In this document: piece by piece, positions 42,838 through 58,999 of the stretch
Layout of the letters: each line of letters begins with the position of its first letter
Numbering within the stretch: the first letter of the stretch is position 1
DNA from: the human T2T-CHM13v2.0 reference genome, Homo sapiens
DNA: 64,000 bases
Strand: one strand, 5' to 3'
Assembly: GCF_009914755.1 (NCBI RefSeq)
Contig: NC_060933.1
Notes under the pieces: generated by a model
The model's database searches: none
What the model was told of the DNA's origin: nothing
The model's input: the letters and a program-made list of their open reading frames with translations, nothing else
Position numbers and translations under genes: made by a program

Positions 42838-43585
42838 TGAGTTATTGAAATCTTAATTGTATTCTTATTCTGCAGACTCTCCATAGCACATACAAGAGTA
42901 AACTAGTTGTGTTTGTTTCCTTCAAAATGACAGGAAACAATTTTGACATAATAAAGTTCTGACTAAATTTCAGTTGAGGATATTCACATTTCCATCACTA
43001 TCTCAATTCTTTTTCTCTTAGAAATCAGTAAGGTGTAAATTAAAAATACATGACCTGATGAACAAAAACTGTTTTAAACAGTTTCCAGTGGGATTGTGGT
43101 CAATAATGCATATCTAAAAGGTATACTTTCGTGTTCAATTTTAAATCAAATCCAATCCTAAATCAATCATGCCTTTTTAGGAGATTTTTTTCATTGCAAT
43201 GCAAAAGCAATTTCAACATGCCGAACATTTTCACGCTAGGTTTCCAAGTCCTACAGACGTTTACACAATGTCAGGGTTAGTACCCAGCTTTTGGTGAGAA
43301 GGAAATGGGCAAGTTGATCATAGAACCAGCTCTTTGGAATTGTATTATATTGCTGGTGGTCAAATATCACTGGCAAGATTGACGGAGTAAACGTAAGGAA
43401 ACATCTTAGCAGTGTTCTCTTCCGCTGAGAAATTCTTAGCCTGAACGAGGGGATGAAAAGGAGTCTGTGGAAGGCTTCCCCTGGGCTTTCCCAAAGGCAA
43501 TTTGCATTTTCTAATAGGGACTGGCTGAAGATATAAATTAATATTTGTGTGAAGTACTTTAAATGTACGATGTAGGCAGTAAAAG

Positions 43586-44065
43586 CGTGGGGGAGGAAAT
43601 ATAATTTCTCCTCATCATTCCTAACTTTGTAGTTGGGACAGACCTCTGATTAACAAGAGAAAAACAAGCAAGTTTACTAAGGCATGCGGTCCACAGCACG
43701 TGGGAGAAACCTCAGTGAAACTCAAAGCGCAGTGGCTTAGAAGTCTGGCTCATCTTCAACAATACATTTGTGGAGAAATGACAGGACAATGGAAAGCAAT
43801 TTTAGGTGTCCGAAGGCGAGAAACCGTGGGAAGATAAATATATGGGAAGAAACTAGTGGAGTACGTGTGTTTGTACATTCTTCTGCTGACATCCCTGAGC
43901 TGGTAAGAATGGTCTCCGGTAAAAGATAATTTACATCCTGTCTTTAGATGAAAAGAGGGGAGGATCTAGAGAGCTCTTCCTCCATTGGCTGCTTCTTAAT
44001 TGCCTTTACTTCAAAATATTTGTCAAAAAGGCATATTTGGGGGTGACATATTCTGATTACCTTCA
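43586..44065 (-). mobile_element. Solo ERV1 LTR (MER34/MER39-like)
   Basis: Reverse complement starts TGAAGGTAATCAGAATATGTCACCCC and ends ...TTTCCTCCCCCACG. Confidence 0.75.
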
Positions 44066-44452
44066 GAAGCTTGTCTTTATACACATTTATTTCTTTTAGG
44101 GTAGATTTTACTTTCATTTGTCACTAATATGATTGCTTCAGTACACAGCATTCTGTGGCATGGCTTCATGCTTTAGCACTCTGGCTCTGAATTAAAGCCT
44201 GAAACAATTTATAAAGATACTGGTATCCAGGCCTTCCATTCATTTATTCTGATTTACTGACTTAGTGTGCAGCTAGAGTCGAGAATCATGGACACTGCTA
44301 ATGGTTTCAATATTTTAAAACATTTTGCCCAGGTCTTTCAAATAATCCACATTCCAGGTAAAAAAAAAATGAATAAATATGCCTGCAATATTTTTGGTAA
44401 TAGGGATTGATTACATATATGCGACCCTACTGCGTTTGAAAAGTATATTATC

Positions 44453-44745
44453 GGCCGCGCGCGTTGGCTCACGCCTGTAATCCCAGCACTTTGGGAGGCC
44501 GAGGCGGACGGATCATGAGGTCAGGAGATCGAGACCATCCTAGCTAACACGGTGAAACCCCGTCTCTACTAAAAATGCAAAAAGTTAGCCGGGCGCTGTG
44601 GCGCGCGCCTGTAGTCCCAGCTACTCAGGAGCCTGAGGCAGGAGAATGGCGTGAACCTGGGAGGCGGAGCTTGCAGTGAGCCGAGATCGCACCACTGCAC
44701 TCCAGACTGGGCGACAGAGCAAGACTCCGTCTCAGAAAAAAAAGA
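44453..44745 (+). mobile_element. AluY
   Basis: CpG-rich; TSD gaaaagt(a/g)tattatc. Confidence 0.95.
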
Positions 44746-45191
44746 AAAGTGTATTATCATAAAAGTATTTGAAAACAATTTCATTAAAATGTACCCATTT
44801 CATTGTACTAACAATAACATGTAATGATCTATGATGATGCAAACACTCTATACTTGTAAAATGATTTAAAATTTCCCACTTGTTAACTGAAGGATGTACG
44901 CGGTCTTAGAGACATGTATGTCTCTATTCTTTTAAATCTGAAAGCATTATCTAAAACCCAATCATCATATACCTGTAGGGAAAAAGCCTAACACAGCCAT
45001 ATCCAAAAGTCATAGTCCGTCAGAAGTATGTTAAATGTTATAAAATTACTTGACCTCAGCATTTCTGAGTTTTGGTGTTTTCAATTTATAATATAATAGG
45101 TGGTTGGTTTATTTTAACCAAACTTAAAAAGCAATGATGTCTGCAAAGCCTCTGATTGGACCAAAAGTCACCATTTATACTCTGACATTGA

Positions 45192-45629
<438 letters not shown>

Positions 45630-46750
45630 GACAGCTCTAAACAGTGAGCTCGATGTGCAAAACGCAGTCCATGAAAACCAGAAAGAGTGAGTCTTCTGAT
45701 TGGCAGCTGTGGCTGTCTCTATCATCGTGACTGTGGACTTCCCTGCTGTTGCCATCAGGGTGCACACAGCAGGTGCAGTGCTGTCACCTGGCTGAAGATC
45801 TGCAGCCTCAGAGCCTCTGGGAGGTCCCTTTCTCCCTCGGTGAAACACAGTCCTCCACATCAATTTCCAAACAATGAATTAGGTATGGCCATTCATCACT
45901 GTTCAGTAGTTTCCCCGTCCAAAGGCTCTCTTCCAAAACTGCAGTTTGATCTGTGTTAATAATTGTGGGGTTTTAGATGAGAAAATGACTATAAAGCTGT
46001 GGCCCTACTTTATTTTTTAAAAATGACAGAACTTTTGTTCAGATGTAAAAGACAAAATTGCACTTTAATGTTTTTTGTTACTTGAAAACATATCTGGGAT
46101 CCCTTTTTTTGGTCCTCTGCTGATATTTATAAAACAAGAAATGCTTCTTGGACTACCTTCACTGGCATTTCCATAGTCCTGGAATCCAGAGCCAAGTGGC
46201 CTATCTAAAATTCACAGCCCTTTTATTCTCCTGTGTGATGGTTAATACAACACAGTTGAAGCCTGGAAACACTACCATTATTTTTGGTGTATTGCTTTTT
46301 CTAATTGACTGTTTTTAATGATTTTGATACATTTTAATGTTGAAATTAATATTGAATGTTAGCTATGAAATTTTAGTATTGAATTTTATAATGGAACAGA
46401 ACATTGGTAGGTAACAAGATGCAAGAGGATGTCAATACAAGATTGTCTGCCTGTTTTTCTTTGTAATTTGTAATTACAGTTTTTGTAACTTGTGATTATG
46501 TTTTTAACTAAATTTACCACCAGATACAAACACTACTTCTTACACAGAGTTATCCTTTATTTATATCATTAAGACGTGAATGAAACATCATCCTAACTTA
46601 CTTCCCCAAGATATTGAGAGGTCATATCTGTTTTTCTTTATCATTCATTTCTTTTTCTAAAAGTTGTTACTGATATGCTTTTGATTTCCTATGACTCTAT
46701 TATGTTGTACAGAACATCTTTTCAATTTATTAAAAAAAATAGCTTAACTG
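45630..46750 (+). other. CNTNAP3: Probable 3'UTR (proximal form)
   Basis: Repeat-free, AU-rich sequence after the stop, running to an ATTAAA at 46729. The end position is inferred. Confidence 0.6.
46729..46734 (+). terminator. Candidate poly(A) signal ATTAAA
   Basis: ATTAAA with an upstream TGTA (~46706) and T-rich downstream sequence. Further AATAAA hexamers at ~47490-47515 and 50031-36 could be distal sites. Confidence 0.5.
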
Positions 46751-48679
46751 AAGATCACTAATTCCTTTTCTAAATTTTGAACTGCTCTAGGCATAAATAT
46801 CATTGTGTATTATCCTTTCATCTAATCACTTTTGGAATGTAAACTGAAGGCTGTTCACTCCAAGTTAAGTTAACATTTACATGATGTTTATTAAATCTGC
46901 CAGTCTGATCAAAGGTTTATGACCATGGGGCCAAATTCCCATAGATTACCCAAAATTGAATATGTGCAGTTAACTGGAACATGTCTCATTAAGGTTTACA
47001 TACACACTAAGACAGCAAAGGATTGGAATTAACTTTATGGAGACAGTTCCAGGGACTAATATTGAAGCAGTGGTTATTTGATAATGCATGGAACCACCAT
47101 TTGGATTCAATAAACCAATTACATAAAAGCAATGATGCTACGCTCTTCATATTCCAGATACCAACTGCCTACCAAGGACTAATGAGATGGTATATTTCTT
47201 CCACATCAGGGCAAGCTGAAAATATATTGATTCAGCGTTACTGTTATGTAAATGAATTTCCATCTTCTCATATGTGTTATTTTTGAAAGAATGAATACAC
47301 TCTCTGTCTTAAATCCGCTCTTAACAAATGATCTCTTCTCAGAATACTACATCTGTATTGAGAGTACAGACAGCCCATTGGTCACTGCACCTTTTGCAAG
47401 ACAGCGAAACGGATGCATCAAATTGCATTGATACATCATCACCATCAATCTTTTGCACTGATTTTTAGACTTAATCTTCTTATTTGAAAATAAACTCATT
47501 TTTAAATAAAATAAAAAATATTTTAGGGAAAGCTCTATAAAATTAAAATTACAGAATTATATGCTTTTTAAAATTTATGCAAAAATGTGCAGACAAATGT
47601 ATTCTGTATTGGTTTATGTATCACTTTGCCCTTGTATATTTTGAGATTATTAAGATTTGTTGACTTTTTTGGTTTGATATTTATCATCTGTTAAATTTTT
47701 CCTTTTAAATTATTAAATGCAAAGTGCAAGAAAAAGAGATAAATATTTACTGATTGCTAGATGTAAAAATATCTATGAATATATATATTTAAACTTCTGC
47801 CAGAGAGCAACCATCTGACAGTCAACTTACTAAAATCTAAATTGAGTACTTTTTACTGTTGCAGAGAATTAAGTCACTAAACGTTATTTAGATATATAGA
47901 TGCTAGTTGCAAGTAACACCCTTTTGTAATATAAAAGTAAAAGCATAATAATTTCCCAACTTTTGTCTTCAAATTAAAAAAGAAAATAGCATATAATTAC
48001 CATTCTTCATTTGAGAAAGCTGAAGATTCTGATGCTTAAAAACTTCAGAATTCTAATATTAAAAATAGAGTGGTTCATGTGACATTGAAGGCTTATCTCT
48101 GTAAAATAGTGACACTGGTGAGTGGTATTATCTCAATATTTTTGTCCAAATTCACCTTAGGAAATCACTGTAAATCTTCATTGTTTCCTAAAAGTCATTA
48201 TTACGGCATAAACTTAACATACTTTGATAGTAGTTAGTACTGATACGTGACATATTCTACCCCGTGTCTCTGTTACTCTGTCTCTATTACTGTGAAAAGT
48301 CACAGTAAATTTAACATTTTCTTCCAGACTGTGTATGATCTTTCATTGTAATAGAGACATGGAGTAGGATAAGTCATGTATTAACATATAAGATTTTTTT
48401 AACCTGCTCCCTCAGTTTTATAGATGAGACAAAGATAAGGTTGTAAGAGCTAATCTCTTCAAGTAGGCAGTACTAGTAAGTTGTCATGCGTGGACTGAAC
48501 TCCTGGCACTTCTTTCTCTTAACTTCAATCCATAGAGAAGCCCACCTTCCTGCCTTCCCAGTATTATTTAGCAGAGGAGAAAATCATATTAGGCTGTTTG
48601 ATACTCTGTTTGCCTAGACTGATCAATAATTCTGGATCTTTGTTCACATCTTCTCTGAAAGAATATTTGATGGGAAATC

Positions 48680-49310
48680 TTTTTTATTTTTTAATTTTTG
48701 TGTACATACTAGGTGCATATATTTATGGAGTACATGAAATGTTTTGATACAGGCATGCACTGTGAAATAAGCACATCATGGAGAATGGGGTATCCATCCC
48801 CTCAACATTTATCCTTTGTGTTACAAACAACCTGATTACACTCTGTATTTTAAAATATGCAGTTAAGTTTTTATTGACTATAGTCACCCTATTGTGCTAT
48901 CATATAGTAAGTTTTACTCATTCTTTCTACTTTTTTTGTACCCATTAACCTATCCCCACCTCTGCCCCACCATTATCTCAGCTGTCTACTACTTTTTTCA
49001 GCCTTTACTAACCATCCTTCTACTCTATATCCATGAGTTCCGTTGTTTTGGTTTTTAGATCCCACAAATAAATGAGAACATGGCAATGTTTGTCTTTCTA
49101 TGCCTGGCCTATTTCACTTAACATAATGACCTCCAGTTCCATCCATGCTGTCGCAAGTGACAGGATCTCATTCTCTTTTATGGCTGAAGAGTACTCCATT
49201 TTGTATGTGAACCACATTTTCTTCATTCATCTGTTGATGAACACTTAGGGTGTTTCCAAATCTTAGCTGTTATAAACAGTATTGCAACAAATAAAAGAGT
49301 GCAGATGGAA
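48680..49310 (-). mobile_element. L1MA-type 3' end
   Basis: gatcccacaaataaatgagaacat...tcacttaacataatgacctccagttccatcc in antisense. Confidence 0.85.
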
Positions 49311-51065
49311 AATTGATTTTGATGGCTTTTTTCTTTAATAAAACATTAATTTCTTCATGTATAACTGGAAGGCAAACAAATGATCCATTTGCTTAGTTTA
49401 TTCTTGAATCCATAATATAAGTGACAGAAATGGATTATTAAAATATACTTGAATTTGGGGAAGAATGATATGGACACATTTTAAATCAAAACATGATGAA
49501 TTGGCTGTTTAACCTACTACCTCATTGGCCAATCTGGGGCAAGATGAAAGTATTTGTAAACACTGTTTTGGCAATTATGTGTAAAGAGAGAACCAATTTT
49601 TTAATTAAAAAATTGAATTCTAAGAATTACAGAGCTTTTCTATTGGTAAAGACATTAAATATCATAGAGTCCAACGCTTTTCTCTTCCTTCACATCACTC
49701 CCAATGGATGTAGCTCAGGCTAAGTTCATTGCTGATGTGTTGTCAGAACAGCCACTAACGGTTTAAGTTGGTATACTTAAGTGCAAATGTAACCTTAAGA
49801 AGGTTACATAAAGTTGCCATTACTAGGAGTAGTAGCAGAATTTATTATGGATTAATCATATCGTCGGGAAAATGTACTGAAGCACTACTTCCTGTGGTAT
49901 TTTTTTTTACAAAATGATAACATAGTTTATTGCCTATAGGTTGATTATGACCTAAAATTATATTTTTGCATTTTATTGTGCCGTTATATATTTTAAAATG
50001 TGAGGTTCACATGGTTGCATTTGCTCTGTGAATAAAAATGTCTAAAATGATAAGATGAACTTTTATATTTTGCGATATGAAAATTTCTAACTTAGCTAGC
50101 TTGTGATGGTACCTAAAAATTTAAGAAAGCCCTTAAAATAGAACCTCTGTGACTGCATGAGCACTTTGTATGACTCATATCACATTTTAACTCCTTAAGC
50201 AAGCCAATGAGGTAAAACATATAATTGTCCCCATTTTTGCAAAATTCACAAAGGCCTTCACTGCTTTGAGAAAACGTTACACAGATAATTACTGACAAAA
50301 ATGGGTTAGAATGCAGGTCCTGAGATGTCTAGTTCCTGACCAATTCTACAGGTTGCCTTGCTCCCATAATATGCTCCAATCTACAATGTTCATCTTAATC
50401 TGCAGTGAGTAAACATAATTGATAGCTAAATTTACTTCTTGTTCCAAATCTTTAGGATATGATTCATGTGTGTTATATACATACATATATATATGTGTAT
50501 GTGTGTTTATACTTACATATATTTTTTTTTCTTATTTTACTTCTGGCTAAGATGGAGTAATAGGCAGCATATTTACCCTCTAACCCTCCTGCATGAAACA
50601 ACCTCAAACCAGACAAAATATATGAAACAATGGTTTTCAGTACACTGGACATGAGGCACGGAATGTAATCCCTGAAAGACAGGAAACATAAGATGTCTGC
50701 TGTGAGTATCCCAGCTTACAACTTGACAGAATTTGAGACAGCAGTGACAATGGAGATAGATAGCTTAAGGAAGCCTAGCAAGTCTCTGAATGGAGTAGCT
50801 GTTGCTGAGAGTTCAGGTACACGAAGGTGGCTAGAGATTGCAGGATAGAGTACCGGCGAAGAAAGAGCTGCATTGGAGAAAACTTTGCAAATCTGGAGAG
50901 GGTCGCCCTTCAGTGTGTAACAAAGTGCATGAAACTACCTGAGGCAAGGGAAAGAAACACTCAAAAGAATTACAGCGGCATTTATCAACCTTTAAAAAAT
51001 TATTATTGACCTCAAGGAATCTTTTAAAACATCTTTTCTAGTCACCTCTCTATGAATTTTTTAAT

Positions 51066-51399
<334 letters not shown>

Positions 51400-51821
51400 T
51401 GAAATTTTAATATCGCACATGCACTGCATATCTCTTTAGTACTATATGTATATCTGGGCTTTACACAAAAAGAATATTTTTCTTCTCTTCACTTCTCCCA
51501 TCCCCCCAAAAAAATCTAATTTCTGTCATTTTGGGGACAATATCACTCTCACTGAGAGTGCATGTTCACATACAACCATGAATAGAGGTGGTTGCCATGG
51601 GCTATACCAGAAATCCCCATAATTAATAGGGTATTAGGTAGACTATTCATAGGGGTCTTGCCTCAGTCCTGGCAAGTCCTAGACCACGTATTACTATGGC
51701 GGCCCCACTAAACAAATCTTCAAAGATTTGGAAAAAAAGATCAAACCGTTTCCAATAACTAATTGGCATCTCTGAGCAAAGTTCACATGTATTTCCAGTA
51801 ACATAAAACTATCCAACACCA

Positions 51822-52191
<370 letters not shown>

Positions 52192-55100
52192 CTATAATGA
52201 GGATAAAAATCAATCTAAAATGACCCAGCACATACACAGATGTTAGAATTACTAATGAAAAATATTATGACTATATTCCGTATTTTCAAAGATTAGGATG
52301 TGACAAGAAAAGGCTTAAATTAAACTTCGAGAGATGACAATGTTAATGTATGAGATTAAAAAATACAATGGATGTAATTAATGGCAGATGAGAGTTTTCA
52401 GAAGAAAATATTAATAAACTTGAATATATATAGCAGTAGAAAGCATCCAAAATGAAACAGAGACAGAAAAAAAACAAAGAATAATCAGAGTATCGGTGAT
52501 CTGTGGGACAACTTCAGTTGCCTAATCTGTGTGTATTTGGAGTTCTCAAAGGAGAAAAGAGAGTGGATGGATAGAAAAAAATATTTTTAAAAATTAATAG
52601 GTAAGCATTTTCCACATTTGATGCAAACTATAAACCCACAGACCCAGCTCAACATCCCCAAGTAGGGGTGCTATTAAGAAAACCATATCACAACACATCC
52701 TAAACAAATGGATCAAAACTCAGTGTGGTAAAGAGAAAAAGACAAGTCTTATACAGAGAAGAAAAACAAGGATGATACCAGACTTCTTTTTGGAAGCAAT
52801 GCAAGGGGAAGGGCAGTGGAGAAACATCTTTCATGCTTCCAGTGAAACATCTTCCAACCAAAAGCAGAAAACTGTCTCTCCTAGGTTTCTATACCCAGCA
52901 AAACCGTCTTTCAAGAAAGGATGAAACAAAGATATTTTTCAGACATAGAAAAGTTAAAAGTAATATATTATCAGCAAACCTGGACTATGAGAACAGTGTA
53001 AAAGCCTTTCAGGAAGAAGGAAAATAAAGAATAATATCTTTGTGCAGATAGAAACATGGATCCACACAAAGAAATGAAGAGCACTGGCAATAGTAACACC
53101 ATAAGTAAATATACAATACCTGCCCTTATTACTTAAATATCTTTTAAAGATAATTGGCTGTTTAGAAATAATAGCAGTGTCATGTGAGTTCTGCAGCATG
53201 AGTAAAAGTAAAATATATGACAACAATAACCTAGAGAGACTAAATGGAAATATAGTTTGTAAGGTTCTTAGACTGTGTGTAAAGTTGTATAATGCCTATT
53301 AAAAGTTGGCTATTACAAGTTATCTTTAAGTTAAAACATCTGTATGGTGTAATCCCTAAAGCAAATGCTAGAGTAACAAAAACAGTGATAATATTACAAT
53401 ATTACACAATAATATACAATGCAGCGATGAAATAGAATAAATTTTCAAATGCTTGAAAGTAGACAAAAAAGATGAGAAAGAGGACAAAGAACAAATGGGA
53501 CAAATAGAAAGCAAATAGCAAGATATAATATAAAAATCTGATAAATTTGACCTTAAAATTAACAACTCTCCTTTTAAAATACATTGTTAAGAGAATAAGA
53601 GTCAAGCTACAGACTGGGAGAAAATATTTGCAACACTTTATTTGAATGCTGTAAATTTTTTTCAGAATATAGTTCATAAAGAACTCTTAACAACTCAATA
53701 ATTAGCAAAAATAAAATGAAAATAATGAATATAAGAAAAAATGATGAAAAGTGCTACACCAGTGGACAAAAAGCACACAAAAATGTTCAATATCGTTTTG
53801 TCATTAAGGAAATGCAAATTAAAACCACAGTGAGTTATTCTTCCCACTAAAATGGTTATGATTAAAAATATTGTCAGTACCACGTGTTGTTGAGAATATG
53901 GAGCAATTATAATTCTCATACATTATTGTTGGAATGTAAAATGCTACAACCACTTAGGAAAAATTGTTTAACATTGTTTTATATAATTAAGCATACATGA
54001 AACCTATGACCCAACAATTCCAATCCTAGGTTGAAAAGAAATGAAAACTTATGCCCATTATAAGACTTACACAAGAACGTTTATAGCATCTTTACTTATA
54101 ATATCCCCAAACTGTAAACTGCCTAAAAGACCTTCAACAAGAAAATGGACAAACAATTTGTGTGGTATTAATAATGAAATACTCTTCAGCTATAAAATGG
54201 ACAAAACTACTGGTAACTGCAACAAACATGGCTGAATCTAAAAAACCTTGTGTTGAATGAATAAATCTAGACACTATAGGGTACATTCTGAAGTCCTAGA
54301 ACAAGCGAAACTAAGATATAGCAGTAGAAATTGTATCAGTAGTTACCTGGGTTGAGGTGGGATGGGAGTTGACTGCAGAGAAACACAAGGGAAGTTTCTG
54401 GAGTGATGGAAATGTTCTATGTCTTGATTGACTATGGTTACATTGGTGTGGACATTTGTCAAAACTCTGAATTTCATATTTGGAATTTGTATATTTTGTA
54501 TATAAATTATACTTCAATAAATATGTACATGTATATATATGTGTATATATAATACATTTTGATATGTCATGATGTCTATCACTTCACAGCATATTATATT
54601 TCTATCATACCATATTTACATAATGGAAAAAGATGAAAAGGATGCTGTATTTTGGGGAAATCACAAGAGATTATCACCTTTATTTATTTTTTATACAAAT
54701 ACATATAAATCTTTCACAGTACAATACAAATGTCAAAATGTGGTATTTTCATTGCTCTATAAATTCTTATATGTTCTATATATGTAATAAATGTTAAAAA
54801 CAGTGTTTATATGTTGTATATGTTTATTTGTTCTATGTGTTTATACGTTCACTGTTCTATAAATTCTCATATATTGTATACTATACAATCAGGTGATGAG
54901 CTGCTCAGTAAATAAGTGCTGAACACTCTGCATCCCTCATCACGTCAAGCATTTCACATCCCTTTTCCTGTAGGCTTCCACAGTAGACATTTGACTTGCC
55001 AATTACATTTTCATCCATCATTCTGGAGAAGCCTGGAGAAACAGCTAGACACAGGGGACATACTCTATACCTTGCTCATTGTGCCTTGGAATTATACATA

Positions 55101-56090
55101 TTGAAATATTGTAAAGATTTGCTTCATTTGTATCAACATGGCTGTGAAATTAGATGTCAACTCTACCTCACTTCCAACTTTTAGGAGGAATCCAGATAGT
55201 TTATTAGAAAATAGAAGTGCAAAAATGTTTGCTGTTTGATTCTCAGACCATAGCCTGAGATTAGCAGTATTAAAAAAAAAATAGCAGACAGAAGAGGCCC
55301 AAGTCTCTCCCAGCTCCTGGGATGCATGGAAGCAATGGGCTGTGATGTCCTACTGAGGTAAAAGAAGTAGTGTTTGTTATAGTCCCACGAGCAGAAGCAG
55401 TAAGAACTTGAGGTAGGGTGCACCTAAAACTGAGAACAAGGGAAAGAAAGCTGAAGTAGGAAGTGTCACCAGGGAGGGACTATGGGTCCTTACTATGCGA
55501 AGAGAGAAAAGGATTTAATTAGGTCCAACAGAATATAATGCCATTTCAAAAACATTTTCTGTTAGGACAGTTTCCAGAGACTCTAAGTGGTTGTTTTTTG
55601 TGTGATGATTTTTGAGCTTGGTAGAATTTTTCTAGTCTGACTGGATCAGTTCTAGAAAGCTGCTCAGATGAATATGCAATGAATGCTTTCTCTCTTCACA
55701 TACTTCTCAGTTAGAAGGAGAATATTTCAGTCCAAAAGGATGCAAGACCTTAGTTATATATGCCACAATCAGATCAGTGATTTTAATTTGCCCACCCTAA
55801 AGAAATATGAGTATATACCACTCTAAAGAAATCTGTCTTTCTAACATGTCTATCACTTTCTTCAATGATTCCATAGCAAACAGTTAATGAAAAACAACAA
55901 TAATAGCACATGTATTAATCTTCACCACTTGTAATTTTCCAAGGAATTTAGACAGATCTATTGCAAAAAAATTCATCAATTCTTATGTTCTTTCCAAATA
56001 GTTTTTGCACTAAATGATATTATTCAACATTTCTCCATGTCTACCTGTACCTTCAGACCCTCACTAAATCCAATTAACCAAAACCCAAAT

Positions 56091-56812
56091 TGGTTAGTGA
56101 TGTTAAGCATTTTATGTCTTATATGTCTTCTTTTTATTTTATGCTTATATGTCTTCTTTTGAGAAACATCTGTTCATGTCCTTTGCCCAGTTTTTAATGG
56201 GATTTTTTTCTTACTGAGTTGTTTGAGTTCTTTATTAAAAAAATGCTCAGTATCACGAATCATCGGAGAAATGCAAATCAAAACCAAAATGAGATATCAT
56301 ATTACACTAGTCAAGATGGCTATTACTAAAAAGTCATAAACAACAGATGTTGACAAGGATGTGGAGACAAAGGAACTCTTATACACTGTTGGTGGAACTA
56401 TAAATTAGTAAAAACTCTAAGGAAAACAGTATGGAGATTTCTCTAAGAACTAAAAATGGAACTACCATTCGACCCAGCAGTCCCACTACTGGGCATCTAC
56501 CCAAAGGAAAAGAAATCATTATATTAAAAAGACGCCCACACTTGTATGTTTATTGCGGCACTATTCACAATAGCAAAGTCATGGAATCAATCTAAGTGTT
56601 GCTTGGATAAAGAAAACTTGTGGTAAATATACACTATGGAATACTATGCAGCCATAAAAAGAATAAAATCATGTCCTTTTCAGCAACATGGATGGAGCTG
56701 AAAGCCATTATTCTAAGTGAAGTAACTCAGAAAATTAAATACTGCATGTTCCCACTTACAAGTGGGACCTAAACAAAGAATACACATGGACATAAAGATG
56801 GAAATAACAGAC
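56091..56812 (+). mobile_element. L1PB-like fragment with a 5' inverted segment (56091-~56234 on - strand)
   Basis: Antisense L1 piece abuts a sense piece starting aaaaaatgctcagtatcac. Confidence 0.82.
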
Positions 56813-56830
56813 ATAAAATAGGCCTTTTTC

Positions 56831-57191
<361 letters not shown>

Positions 57192-57257
57192 TCAAAAACA
57201 TCTGTGCTATTTTGAAATATACCAAGTTTAAAACTGTCACAAGAAAAATGTCTTTGC

Positions 57258-57737
<480 letters not shown>

Positions 57738-58738
57738 TTAAGCTGTTCTTTTGCCCATAGATGTACACATTTAAACTTGCTCCTAGCTCTCCAAGATTGC
57801 TTATTCGCTGATATGTTGCAATGACAACAAAATACAACTTCTGTTTGATTAAAAATAAAAACAAGTAAAACATGTTTTTCCTCACTGGGTTCTGAGTTGA
57901 TTAAATCCAGCTTATCATTGATGTTTTAAAATTGAGGTTATATTATATAGTTTAATTTTCAAAAGAGACTTTGATATATGGAAAATGTAAGCCAAGGAAA
58001 ATAAAAATATGAAAATTCAGAAATACCATTGCTAGCTCATCACATATGTTTATTTAAATTTGGTTAGTATGCTGGAGAGAATTTGGGATTGAATTCAATT
58101 CTTTGTGCTATATACAAAATAAATTTACTAGCAGTTAGATGGAATTGGCTTAGAAACCTAATCCTATATGTAAATATTATAAAAATTTTTAATTCCAAAG
58201 TAGTTCAATAAAAAGAACTGGGCTTTGAAATCAACATGCTGGATAAATAGACAACTACTGTAGTTAATTCTAAATAAGCATCCTTACAGCAAAGAGATAC
58301 ACATTTTTACAAGGCTCTTTCTCTCAACTTTGGAAATAACAAGTATCTTTAAATTGCCATTGTCAGTATCTCTTCAGTAGATGCCCCTTGGCAGGGTGTG
58401 CTCTGCACTTCTCCGCTGTGATTATGTCTAGAAGAATTGCATCAGGATGGACAAGAATGGTTGTGTGGAAAAAGAATTTAGATTTGCTGTGAAAAATGGA
58501 CTCCACAATGGATCTTCTGGGTTGATTAGTTAAGCAATTGAAACACGAAACCCAGTGATTTGAAATAACAAAACAAATTGCCTAATTTAGAAATATAATG
58601 AAAACACATATATTATTCAAAGACATGTTGCAACAATAGATGGCTAGCTGATGACTAGTTTTTAGTATTTGTAATATAGGGTGTATGTAATTTCTTTTTG
58701 AATTTAGCAAAATCCCAGCTTTTTTATATGGTATCTGA

Positions 58739-58999
<261 letters not shown>

